A stretch of DNA of 63,339 nt, filler included, from Polymyxa betae A26-41 (lineage: Eukaryota > Protista > Endomyxa: Phytomyxea), in the NCBI GenBank assembly GCA_003693705.1. It is 5 parts of 5 records of this genome, joined end to end, with 100 filler letters (N's around TTAATTAATTAA, not from the genome) between each part and the next. Parts side by side here need not be neighbours in the genome. Positions count along the whole stretch, not along the records: positions 24,773 to 43,370 come from RBZT01000534.1; positions 43,471 to 47,198 come from RBZT01000275.1; positions 47,299 to 63,339 come from RBZT01000240.1; 2 more parts are not named here. One strand, 5' to 3'. The notes under the pieces are model-generated. The model was not told where the DNA came from and did not search any database. It saw only the letters and a list, made by a program, of their open reading frames with translations. The translations under genes were made by a program, and so were the position numbers. Position 1 is the first letter of the stretch, and every line of letters begins with the position of its first letter. This document shows, in pieces, positions 39,400-51,030 of the stretch.

Positions 39400-41340
39400 G
39401 AGAATGCATCATTCAAATCCGATTTGATTAATTGGCACTAAATGTTTTTCATTTTCATTGATTGTTGTGTTTGTTTCATTTGTTTGAATTTCTCTTGTAC
39501 CGCAGCAGCTAATGATGTTTAGGCAGATTCTGTCATAGAAACCAGCATGACTGTTGATGGTTTCATCACCGCCTGTCAAATCTCGAATCCATGCCAAACC
39601 TTTTATAAAGGCATAACATAGCCGAGTTTTGTTGTGAGCATATTCGCTTGATTTATTCACCATTTTTGATTCACATTCATTGAAGACATGTAAAACCGAC
39701 TTTGAACCCTGTTAAGCATTGTGAGGGAGGGTCGATTTATTACATGCCCTTCAATCATGATTTTGAAAGCTTGGGGGAATTTCGAGAAAAGAGCAGATAC
39801 AAATGGCGACCCGACATAGCTGTTGGATTCCAGAAAGTCTTTCGATTGAGAGCAGTTTCATTCGTGGCATTATCATAACCGCTGAATATCACAGCATGTT
39901 TTCGAGAATTGATCGTGATAGTGTACCGGCTGCTTTACGAGCAAGACATTGATATATCACACAGCTGTTAACTGAAGGTGAATTGCACACATACAGATCG
40001 TGCTTAATGTTCTATCAACACAAATCCAACATTCAAGCAGCTGGAAAACAATCGGCGACGATCGAATGTAATCATCTGAAAGTATATTCATAGTGCATAC
40101 TTTGGATGATTCGCATTTATAGTTTAATGAGCATTCTGAAGGACCAGACCCCGATGAGGTCATCTGTATTTTGTTTCAAAGATTTTTAGTGATTTATGCA
40201 AGAGATGAAACTTCAGAGCAAAATTCGACTAATTGATAAAATTATCTGAAATTTTTTGTCACAATCTGCTGCTGGCCGAATATAGACATCGTTGCATTCA
40301 GAAAAGAGAGAGTAACAGTTTAGCCAATCAGATTGCGGCCTAAAATCGCTTCAAGCCTTCTATAGACGGGCACAGAATGAGAGCACACTAAAATCACCGG
40401 ACCTTGATCGCCCGACGATTCATTGCGCCTCCATGAACAGAATCAGATTTTCAGTTAGATGACGCTCAGATTCAGAAGACGCTGGAGGTCGTCGCAGCCA
40501 TTGAAGACACATTTTTCCTGCACTTCTTACAACAATCTAACTGCGTTTTTGGGTTTCATTCATGCTGGCCCACTGCCTACGTCCTACGAAGATTTGTATA
40601 CCGTAAGAATCCACAGCCTACGTCTTGGGGAAACAATCTCATACGGAGTACGAAATTGATGATTCCGGATGAAACCAACGTAGGCCAACGTAATGTGGAG
40701 AAAAAAGGCATCACGGGTCCTTAGACCTACGTAGTTTCGAACCCTAACCCTAACAGCCTACGTAGGTCCATAGTGTTTAGAAGCTTCACGGGTCCATTGC
40801 CTTCGTAGTGTGATACAGCGCGGCTTTTCAATTCTTCAAACATCGTCTCTGATTGAGTAGGTTCATTGGCATCTAATCAATTCCAACAGGCTGAAAACGT
40901 CCATCATCACAGTCGGAAATAAAATCGTAAATAATGGCTGAGGCGCGTCACCGACCGGGCTCGGCTTCAAGCATTGCAGTAAGAGACTGAGAGGCTTCAA
41001 GAGAGAGAGAGAGAGAGAGAGAGCAGCTCGAAGTAGTGGAGGCCAATGATCATGCATCACTTGAAGAAGGTGAACGTGTTCGAACCGAGATATCATTCTT
41101 TAAAGCCCGCGCTCCAGAACTAGAAGCTCTGCTGCAAGACCGTCAGCAAAACCGTCGGCAGCGCAGGTCGAAATGACGCAATTCCAAAATCTGCTCCAAC
41201 ACCTAAGGCATTCTCACCTATAATCATTCGAGACGCGCTTTAGACGGTGTATAAATCAGCCAAAAGAAATCAGGAAAATTGAGAAACTGCGCCGTCGATA
41301 CATTTTGTAATGGATTTCTCGGAATTTCGGGTCAGGTATC
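39400..41340 (-). mobile_element. Highly degenerate hAT-like transposase remnants
   Basis: Weak motifs (CAIHLQL, DPKFR, VFSLLELIR) in broken frames. Confidence 0.25.
40574..40816. repeat. Cluster of CCTACG(T)/CACGGGTCC short repeats with ACCCTAACCCTAAC; probable DNA-transposon end
   Basis: Multiple CCTACG/CGTAGG copies and two CACGGGTCC copies. Confidence 0.45.
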
Positions 41341-41459
41341 CAAGCTCTTGAGCCTGTTCCAAGTGAAAAAATGCGATAAAAAAATGCGGTAATAAAAAAA
41401 TCTCACGGCAGCACCAGGATGTCCTATACTTCAGACGCAGTCAATATCGTAAAACCCAA

Positions 41460-41965
41460 CGGCGGCCGCATAAATGTCGAGCTACTTTAGTGGTTGATAA
41501 TGTTGTTATTTTAGACGTGACAATGAGATAGAGCACCAATGCGCGCAGAATGCTAATGTAGATTCGGACTCTAACAGAGTCATGAAAGTGGAAAACGAGG
41601 TGATTTCCGAAAGATATTTTTGGACAAACGGCTGACGTGAACAAGATGAAGAATTTAGCCGACGAATTTGGCTATAGCGAACAGAGAAAAGAGTCCGTTA
41701 TCGATTTGGAACGATATTTTAGCCTTCATCACATCAACCTATGGAAACGTTCCTATGCAGATGTTAACCAGAAACCAGATCCTTAATCGTGTTAAAAATA
41801 TTCGACAAGGCGGCCAGTCGGCAGATCGTTTGCGAGATCTTGAAGAGTTGGATTTGGCATTGACGTCAGATAGACTCAATGCCTTCCTGGCTTTCAATAC
41901 TCCAGTAATTTCTGGCAATATTCCCCATCGGCTCACAGGATGGGGACATCCAGAATACGCAACCT
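41460..41965 (+). mobile_element. MULE-type transposase N-terminal remnant
   Basis: CRATLVV, LTRNQILNRVKNIR and HRLTGWGHP, the segment preceding the DGTF motif in protist MULEs; truncated. Confidence 0.45.
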
Positions 41966-43370
41966 CAAGATCATCGGCCAACCATATCTGCACACGAATT
42001 TAGAATTCGTAATGAGAATGCCACATTCAAAGTGATTTATGATCTGGAGAACAATCAACAGAGCAATGATGACGAATCATCTGAACAGCAATCTTGGCCA
42101 CAAATTGAAGATCCCGGTCTTCTGAGAAGAGCAATATCTCCGCAAGATATGTCAACGCGCTCAAATGCAGAACCTGGCCATGATTTAAGTCAAGAACCTA
42201 ATGCAGAGTCTGGCCTTGATTTAGGTCAAGAACCCATTCGTGCAGAGATGGAGGATGTCGCTATGCAATCTGCATCAACTAACTGTATTGGCTTCTTCAT
42301 GGTTTTGACCTTCAAGTTGGCGTAAAACATTTGTCACTGTGCAACTGTAATTGATTCGTATTTAGGTCCCTCAACTAAACATACAGGATCAGTTTCCAGT
42401 GGTACTGATTTCAGAATCTCCATAATTCTTTCCCAACAGCAGCTTCCGTTTCGGTTTACATTTTGCGGATGCAGCTGAAATCCCAGATTTTCGTTTTTAT
42501 TGTTGTCGCCATTCTTTTTTCTTTCAAATCAACTGTTGATGCTGCAATTTTATGCAATTTTGTTATTAAGGTCTGACTAGTTTTCTCAAATTAAATTTCG
42601 ATAGAATCTTATTATAAAGTCTTGTATTTGTCTGTTGACAGCCATGGACTGTGGTTGCTGCCAATAATCCAGCAGATCAAGACAATTTAGGACAGTACGA
42701 TGATGATAATCAGAGCAGTCCCAACGGTACTGAAAATGTTTCAAACATTTTTTTGATCAATTGAAATGGATCATATCGTATAGTATGTCATTCCACCAAT
42801 TCAAGGTCATCTCCCTCAAAAAATCAACAGCTTACAGACCATCAAGAAAACGCGGATTTAATTAATAGCATTCGAACGCAAGGTTAGACATTACAGTAAC
42901 CAGTGTGGTTTCTGCTCTACCTAGATGCAACATGAGAAGTTTTTGTTAAAAATTACCAGCATGGCCACAATGTTTTTTGCTCCAATAAATATTTCACAAT
43001 TTTATTCAATCGATGTAGAAGAACAAAGGCGTGATCCGGCAGGAATCAATAACGAAAATAATATGTATGAGGGGCAACCGAGCAATTCAGAACAGAGCGA
43101 TTCTTCCTCACCTGTTCCTGAAGGTAGTATTGTTGTGCAAAAACCCCATGTCCGTATCGGTCTAAGTCAACTAATATCAGAAAGACCACCTTTAACTGCT
43201 GCACAAGTGATGAATGACCGAAGACTTTATTTACAATCTCTCCCGCCAGATGATCCTTCTGAGTAAACGCTATGGAAAGCAATTCTGTGCGTTATGATGA
43301 TGGTTTTTATCTAGTTTGGACGTGCGTGCAGGTGCCAAATATTTTACTGGAAGCCTGGAACAATCGCCGG

Positions 43371-43470
43371 NNNNNNNNNNNNNNNNNNNNNNNNNNNNNN
43401 NNNNNNNNNNNNNNTTAATTAATTAANNNNNNNNNNNNNNNNNNNNNNNNNNNNNNNNNNNNNNNNNNNN
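43371..43470. other. Artificial contig linker
   Basis: N-TTAATTAATTAA-N, 100 bp. Confidence 0.95.
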
Positions 43471-43719
43471 GACCTTCGTCTCCGCTCCGTCTCCGTCTCA
43501 CCGGCACCGCTCGGACCTTCTTACGCTCCACTCCGATCCCCTCACCGCTCCACTCCGATCCTCTCTCCGCTCCACTCCGTGCCTCGCCGCTCCGTCTCCG
43601 AGGACTCCCTGACGTCGCTCCGTTGCAGGACACCGGTCCCCCGCGTCCTACCCTTCGCTCCCGAGTCATCGCACCGCTTATCTAACCAATAAAAGGGGAC
43701 ATTTTACTCGATCCTAACA

Positions 43720-44125
43720 ACCGAGGAATCGGAACGTTCGATGATGGATATTTGAACTTCGAAGAGCTATCAAGCTTTGCAACGAATTCTTTAAAAGTGG
43801 ATACACTGTGGGAATCAGGGACAGATGTGCTTTCTTGTTTGCACATTATGCCATGATCAGATGTGAAAACATCAGAAACCTAGAGTTCGCAGACCTCCTG
43901 TGCGTCAATTTGCCAAATGAAGGCCCTGATTGCTGTTCTGCTTTAATGCTAATGATGCTGCAGGGTATATTTTCGGAATAACCAGCAAAACCGTTTCGTT
44001 CAATGAAATTTTAGGAAAGGTTAACCAGTTCGGACGCAGAGAGTATGCTGCGATGATCCGAGGAAAGGACGTGGCTGTCTGCGGGATTGGCTCGTTCGCT
44101 CTGTATTTCTTCTTCAGATTCCATT
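43720..44125 (+). mobile_element. Crypton-type (Ndc10-like) tyrosine recombinase fragment with one intron
   Basis: RGIGTFDDGY / IRDRCAFLFAHYAMIRCENIRNLEFADL..NEGP..ALMLMMLQG, then a ~50-nt GT-AG intron, then KVNQFGRREYAAMIRGKDVAVCGIGSFALYFFFRFH. Confidence 0.8.
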
Positions 44126-47100
44126 TGTGGCAGATCTACGGGTTCAGATCTTCGTGATTTGGGGCTAAAATGAATTCTGTATTCCAGCTCCCATTTCCAG
44201 TCCGGTTCTTCCGTCACGGAGTCCATTTGAGTCCGTGGCGGAGTCGTCCTGAATATAGGGCCGTTTATATATATAATAAAATAAGGGTCTTTTCTGGAAA
44301 TATTCTGCAAATATTGACACACTCCCCTCTTCGAAAAACTCGTCTGGCTCTTGAGTCGTTCTTATACAGTACCTAAATTTCACAGTTAGGGTTTAGGGTT
44401 TTAGGGTTTCGTCAATGTCTGTTTTCATTCATGTCTTCGATCATCTAGTGTTCAGCCTTCCGTCCTCTGGTCGTCTGTCTACTGTCATCAGTCATCTGTC
44501 TTCAATCTACAGTCATCGGTCTTCTGCCATCTGTCTTCGGGCTACTCCCACGAGTCTTTCGTCATGTGAGAAACCTCTCCATTCGACTAAAAATTCTAAC
44601 TGGTTGCTGTCTGCATTCAGACGGCATCCTTTAAGGTCTTCAACTTGATAACTTTCGTTATCATGTGCAAACTGACTTTTTATCTCTTCGGTCTCGTTAA
44701 GTTTGTCATCTGCGAAGAATCGTATCCTGTTTCCGTGAATCCACTTTCTGCGCGAATCCACGATGTTTTCGACTTCGAATATGTAGTGGTCTTCTGTAGC
44801 GACTATTCGGTACGGGCCGCGCCACTTTAAGAAATGTTTGCGTCCGGACATTTTAGCGGGCTCCGCTATGCCAACTAACACGTAATCGCCGATACCGAAA
44901 TTCGGCTCTCTTCGGTATTTGTTTGCGGTCCTTTTCTTCGCATCTCGTTGCTTCGGAGACGTTTCTTCTACTTCTTTATGCATTTTTTCTAACGCATTTT
45001 CAAGGTCATCTACCAGTTTTTGAATCTGGTCTTCCGACATTCTTATTTTAATAAAATTAAGATTTTTGGATTTTTGAAGTATGCCAGTCATCACTGTTAT
45101 GGGAGCGTTTCCGTTGATTCGGCTCTGCGGTCTATGATTCAACGTATGCTCAACGTTGGAATTCAACCAGGGCCAGTATTCCTTGTCCCAACGTAACTCG
45201 GAAAGCAGTGCTCTCATCAGCGATAGATAGCACTTATTCATCACTTCGATGCTTCCGTTATTATAGTACCCTTACGCTGTAGTGAGATGCTGTGTAACAT
45301 TACACTTCAGCGCAAATTTCTTCATGGTTTCGGACACAAAGTACGACGCCATGTCTGAGACCAATATCTCCGGGGTCCCAAACAACGCGCGCCATTCCAT
45401 CAGTGCGTCGACCGTGACTTCTGTATCAGGGATCTTTGCGGGTGTTATCTTCACGAGGCCCGAAAGGTCGTCGCGCAAGATCAGGTTCCACTGATATTCG
45501 TGAATCCCGTTTTTCTTCGTTGGCCATACATAAATCCAGTCCATATGGATCACTTTATTGCATTTGGATGCGTGAATTTGTGTACCTAGCGGCCTAGGAA
45601 TACGTATTCCCCCTCTTGTTGGTAGGCAATGTAAACACGAGTTACATAAAGTGCGCATGTCTTCTGCGCAGTTTTGCCAGTAACAATACTGCGAAAGTTT
45701 CTGCGTAGCAGCCTGATAGCCTAGGTGGCCGCTGTTTTCGCCTGAATGCGCAATTATGCAAAGCCTAATCTTCAAATTTTCAGCTTCTTTAGGAATTTTA
45801 ATCTTCTGTTTATCATGCGTAACTAATAACCCGTCTTCATTGTATTTAGGGTTTTTGACTTGTAAAAAGTCTTGTTGCGCCTTTTTGATTTCTTCTATCG
45901 ATGGCCATACAAAATCAGGCCTCTGCATGGGTCGTACTCGCCCTTCGTCTGTGATCTTCAATACTTTCGCTCTTCTTATTAGGACAGGCCCATCTTCTTC
46001 TCCTGTCGTACTGGCCCCCCAGCGTGTCATGAGGTCAGCCCAATAATTTTCTTCGCCTTTGATATGCTCTATCTCGTAACGAAATCTCTGCATTTCTAGG
46101 GCCCATCTCTGCAATTTCTGCGCAGTAGGTTTCGAAACCTGATGCGGAGAAAAAATCTGTATCAAATTTTTATGATCGCAGAAAAGTTTAAATGGTTTCT
46201 TCAATTGCAATAGATAATCAAGCTTTTGCATTGTATCTTTTATGGCAAATCCTTCTTGTTCGGCAACAGTCCAGTTTAGTTCCGACCCGTTAAACCGATG
46301 TCCCACGAACCCTAGCGGTTCATGTCTCTGTAGTCCAATTGGGTTTTCTGAATCTTCAATCGGAATTTGTGTAACCATTCCAGATGTATTATATTCATTC
46401 GCATCAGTGAACATACACTGAGTCATATCATCTCTTGGGAATGAAACCTTTGTACGATATGCGATCGCGGTCTTCAGCTTCTCGAAAGCCAACGCATGCT
46501 GCGGGCCCCAGCCATACTTCGATAAGCGAACTTGTCTCGCTACGCTTTTCGTTCGTGCGGGCTGGTTCTTCATTGATTCTTCAAATATATCTTGTAAGCA
46601 TCTAATTGTTTTATTATATTCTGGAATCGATCGGCTCATCCACTGAGTAGCCATGAGAAATTGCTGCAGGTCTCGCGCAGTTTTAGGCTGCGGTATTGCT
46701 AGCAGGGTCTCAATCCTTTCCGGGTCGTGGGTTACGCCATCCGGAGAGAATATTCGTCCACAGAATTTGGCCGACTTACTGTAGAGTTCACACTTCTTCA
46801 CGTTAAATTCTATGTTACTTTCTACGGCCAATTGTAATGTCTTCTCAAGATACTGGAACCAGTCATCTAATGTCTTCGGATGTCCCAGCAGGTCATCAAT
46901 CCATATAATCAAGGCTTTATTAAGGAGGCTTTTAAAGACTCCAGCCATTCTTGCCTGGAACTGGGTCGCTGAATTTAAAGAGCCCTGAATTGACCTTCTA
47001 GGCGTATACACGCCATTATCTGTCATAAATGAGAACATTTCTTGACAATCTTCTGCTAGCGGCATCATCCAGAATCCTTTGAATGCATCCAGCTTGAACC

Positions 47101-47198
47101 AGTGCCTGGATCCCGCTAAATGGTTGACTATGGATTCTAAAAATGGCATAGGCCACGCTGTGCTCTCTCTGATCACGTTGACTGCTCTTAGATCGACG
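44126..47198 (-). mobile_element. Ty3/gypsy chromovirus: RT-RNaseH-integrase-chromodomain, PPT and 3' LTR (44126-44321)
   Basis: LDAFKGFW, WIDD, FTDAN, HHCC zinc finger, D..D integrase core, KWRGPY, FLVEWRGF. PPT GAAGAGGGGAG abuts a TGTG...CACA LTR. Frame disrupted near 45270. Confidence 0.93.
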
Positions 47199-47298
47199 NN
47201 NNNNNNNNNNNNNNNNNNNNNNNNNNNNNNNNNNNNNNNNNNTTAATTAATTAANNNNNNNNNNNNNNNNNNNNNNNNNNNNNNNNNNNNNNNNNNNN
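47199..47298. other. Artificial contig linker
   Basis: N-TTAATTAATTAA-N, 100 bp. Confidence 0.95.
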
Positions 47299-47546
47299 AT
47301 ATAAAATAACGAAACATCGTCCAATAGCTTTCTGGACTGTCGAATTATCTAAGGCACGACGGGACAGAAACCGAGCAAGAAAGCAGATCAGACTAAGCTC
47401 CGATGAATCGGAAAGCTCACTGTATTGATGCTCCGATGAACCGGAAACTCTCCGAGGTCCGAGCTATCCTCCGACTCTGGCAGTATTTAAGGGCTTGTAA
47501 TCTATCTAATATATTCATTCTGCATTCATCATTGCAATCTTAACAT

Positions 47547-49161
47547 CGAGATCTCAAGTAGCGCTATACCCAAGAAAAAACTTCATTTCTTGGTGTGGTC
47601 CAGATCAAGCACGGTTGGTCCGGAATAACAACATTCCCCGCCTTGGTCTGTAAAGTAATATCAAGGAAAACTTGAAATTGTTGCAGTGGCATTATTAGCT
47701 AAAGTCACAGTCAATGGCTCTGGAAGCGGAATCATCCTTAAGTCAATCCCTAACTTCAGGAACCTATCAACCAAAAACTCTGGTATGATGGTAAGATCTG
47801 AACCGCTATCCAGAATGCCCACGCAATCTACCTGTCCATTAGCAAATTTCACTTCCACCGAAGCGTCATATTTGTTTTGTCCATTCAAGCAGTCACTCTC
47901 CGAAATTCGCGCTACAAAAGCGTAAGAGGACTTCTTAATGTGTTTATCTCCTTTCTTCATGTCACGCTGACGTTTGAATATCTCCTTCTGTTCTGTAACA
48001 GATGGTTGCAACGGGCACTCAGACATCCGATGCCCGGGCTGACGGCACTTGAAGCAGGTTATTTCCTGCTTAGAAACTTTGTTGCAAAATTCGAACCCTT
48101 CGATGGCCCATTTCGGAAGACTTTCGTTTATGAGAGCCTGGTCGGCTCTGCATAACAACGTCACTTTCAAACATGGGGATCTGCTTTCCAGCCTCTTCAA
48201 AAAACAGCTCAGGGTTATTTTGAAGTTCAAGCCGCGTAATCTCCACAATCGTGCGCATATGAAGGCGCAAACGATATGGTTGCAACGCATTCAACATGAA
48301 GCGCGCCCAATTTTTCTTGCCAGCATCACTGTTAAACACATCCTGCAGGTTGTGTCGTCGGGTGATGTCATCCATCAAACACACAAGGGCGTCCAATCGA
48401 GCAAACGGTGACTTTATGTTCTTATCCAGTTTGAGTTCTTCCTTAAAGATGACATGGACCCTCGAATGAGAAGTCTTGTCTTTCTTCACGTACTCTTTCA
48501 AAAAGCCGAGCAGCACTTCATCTGTCAGCTGTTCAATATTTATTTTTAGATGCCACTTGGCAATCATCTGTAATAATGGAGGGTCAATCATGGACGCAAC
48601 ACTGCGTGACCCAGGGATATGGCCAACACTGGCTCTACAAGCATTTTCCATACGGAGAATATAAACGCGGTATTTCTCCAGCCAGTTCAAATTTTCATAC
48701 GTATCAGTGGAGCGGAGCACTGGTGCCTCATTGGCCTCCACATGAACCATGGCACCCGCAACCCTATCACTCGATAGAGTAGATGCCAACCCGGCACCAA
48801 ACGGCATTTGTGACTGCCGCTGGCCTTCAGCAATTGATGAATTTTGACCTGCGGTCATGGATGGCTGATCATCCACCACCATTAAATCCTGGGAGTTACG
48901 AACACCAGTCGCACTCGACATCGCCTCTCCAAATTTCGTAGCACTAGAATAATTATTCTGTGGCTTGAATGGAGATTCAACCACAGTAAGAAATAATATG
49001 GAAAAAGTAATCTCTTTATTGCCACGGCATTAATGCTCCTTATATAGAAAAAGGAATGCACATTCTCGTTATGGGACCTTCCATGACTTCATGTAACATA
49101 ACATGTAACATAACAGTTAGAGTAGGGCGCAATAAGTGTTCGCAATTATTACTGCGCTACA
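47547..49161 (-). mobile_element. Ty3/gypsy 5' LTR (48937-49161), gag (ATG 48921) and protease, frameshifted
   Basis: LTR TGTAGC...GCTACG with TATATAA and AATAAA; zinc knuckle CFKCRQPGHRMSEC; aspartic protease ILDSGSD. Confidence 0.85.
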
Positions 49162-49326
49162 CAGGATCAAATTCAGTTTTATTCTGATAATTTTCTCAAT
49201 CTTACTGAGGAAATTTTGAATCAGTTCGCGTATGATACTGCATATCTCGCCATATTGAGAAGATTATTGATGCTAAAATTAGTCCTTCTAAGACTTACTT
49301 GTAATTTCTTATAAAATGGCGGGATT

Positions 49327-50129
49327 TATGGCTCCGATCGGGTTCGGGTAGCGGGTCGATACCCGACCCGACTACCCGACTGTATCCGACGGTTAATAAT
49401 TTGAGCTGTATAAACCGCGCACGGATTTACGTTCAGCTCCCATTTGTGTATTTTGTCAAGTTGCATCATTGCAATCACGAATATGGCAACCCGCAAGAGC
49501 AAAGCACCCATTTCTTCACAAACGCTTTCGCAACTATTCAAACAAAGGACTTCAATATTGATTACTCTGACCTTATCGAACCTGTTTCACTTCTGATAAT
49601 CTCTAATTGGGAAAACAAGGGACCGATTGGGAGAAATTAGTACTACTGAACAGGTCCCCACCGCTACCACAGGGGCAGCTGGTGAAGATTCTGCTCCTTT
49701 TACGTACCTCAATGTTCTCTCAATGCGTTTGTGAAGGCCAATAATGGATGAGGCCGATAATTATTTGATCTATGCGCGGCGAGGATACTTCTGTTGATCC
49801 TTTATATTACATTACATCGCAGGCGATGCAGTTTCACATCTTTTGTCGAAAGAGACATACTGTCAATTCCTGGATCGCCCGTGTCGGATTTAAGAAATTT
49901 TCAACTGCGGACAATGTTTTTGAACTGCGTCGACATCCTCTTCAGCCTGAGACACTAAGTGCATTGACTTTAGGTAATAGCGCACAATCAAGATGTTTAT
50001 AAAGCGTTTCTGTGAATTTTTTCTCTCGCCATACAATTGTCGGGTAGCTACCCGACCCGACCCGGAAAAGTCGGGTCGGGTTCGGTATGGGGCTGGTATC
50101 CGACCCGACCTGACCCGATCGGAGCCCTA
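49327..50129 (+). mobile_element. Internally deleted hAT element with TIRs and ACCCGA subterminal repeats
   Basis: TA(T)GGCTCCGATCGGGT...ACCCGATCGGAGCCCTA; dimerisation-domain relic FSTADNVFELRRHPLQPETLSAL; no TSD seen. Confidence 0.75.
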
Positions 50130-50699
50130 AATTTCTGGGAGCTCAAAAAGGAACCTTACGAGCAAGTACAGCGGTGTGTGCTAAATTCCGAGAGGTAGAA
50201 CATCAAGAGCGCACCAAATAGCGTATGAAAAGGTGCGGGAGACTCGAAGCTCCGAGCAGTGCTTGCAGGTCCATTCTGTGTGCTATTACTGATTCTGTAA
50301 AATGTCAGTTCGCCAGCAGCAGATGCTGGCGCTCATTCCTCAGTATGCAATGGTTTTGGCCCAGGAATGTGAGGCGGAGCTTCCTCAGCTTCATCAAGCT
50401 CTGACGACAGCGATGAATACCTCTTCATCAATATTTGACCTTGGAAAAAACGCATCCCGAATCTAAATAGGCACGAGTTTTGTATTCAAAACTTTTACTG
50501 GATGATTATTGGGGAACCCAAACAATTATTCAGCAAAGCAGTTCAACACCCGTTTTTCGGATATCTCTGGAGCTTTTATATATAATAAAAAAATTAGCGT
50601 TACGAAACGAATACCTTCCTCTGAAATAGGACTGCTCGGGACTTCCAACGCAAAGCAAAGATTGCAGCAAGGGCCTAGACAAAGGAGAGAGATAGACAG

Positions 50700-51030
50700 G
50701 GAGAAAGAAATGCAGATGAATGGATGTTTATTCCGTGCGGTATTCGATGCGCCAAATTTGGCGCACGAGAAAGCGCAGGAGCAAAATCGCGCATTGAATG
50801 CCTCACGACTGGAAAACCGAAAAACAAGCGCATAGCTATTGCGCGGCCTTTTTAGCTCATAAACTGGGTTTAGCACACACCGATGTACTTGCTCTAACAA
50901 GGCTAACTGCTTGTCAGAAGTCGAAGGCAATGCCGCGAAGCTGAAGGCAATAGGCAAAGACGTCTCGGACGACGACATCATCGACAAGATCTTTTTGGGA
51001 ACTACAGCGACTATCGAGGAGTCCAAACAC
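50700..51030 (+). mobile_element. Possible copia gag remnant
   Basis: LKAIGKDVSDDDIIDKIFLG resembles the UBN2-type gag segment. Confidence 0.35.

Noticed and set aside
41001-41022. (GA)n tract
   Set aside because: Ordinary microsatellite.
44386-44409. True telomere
   Set aside because: Only 2-3 units, internal to a retrotransposon.
44126-49161. A single full-length gypsy element spanning the 47.2-kb linker
   Set aside because: The two LTRs (44126-44321 and 48937-49161) do not match and the halves lie on different contigs.
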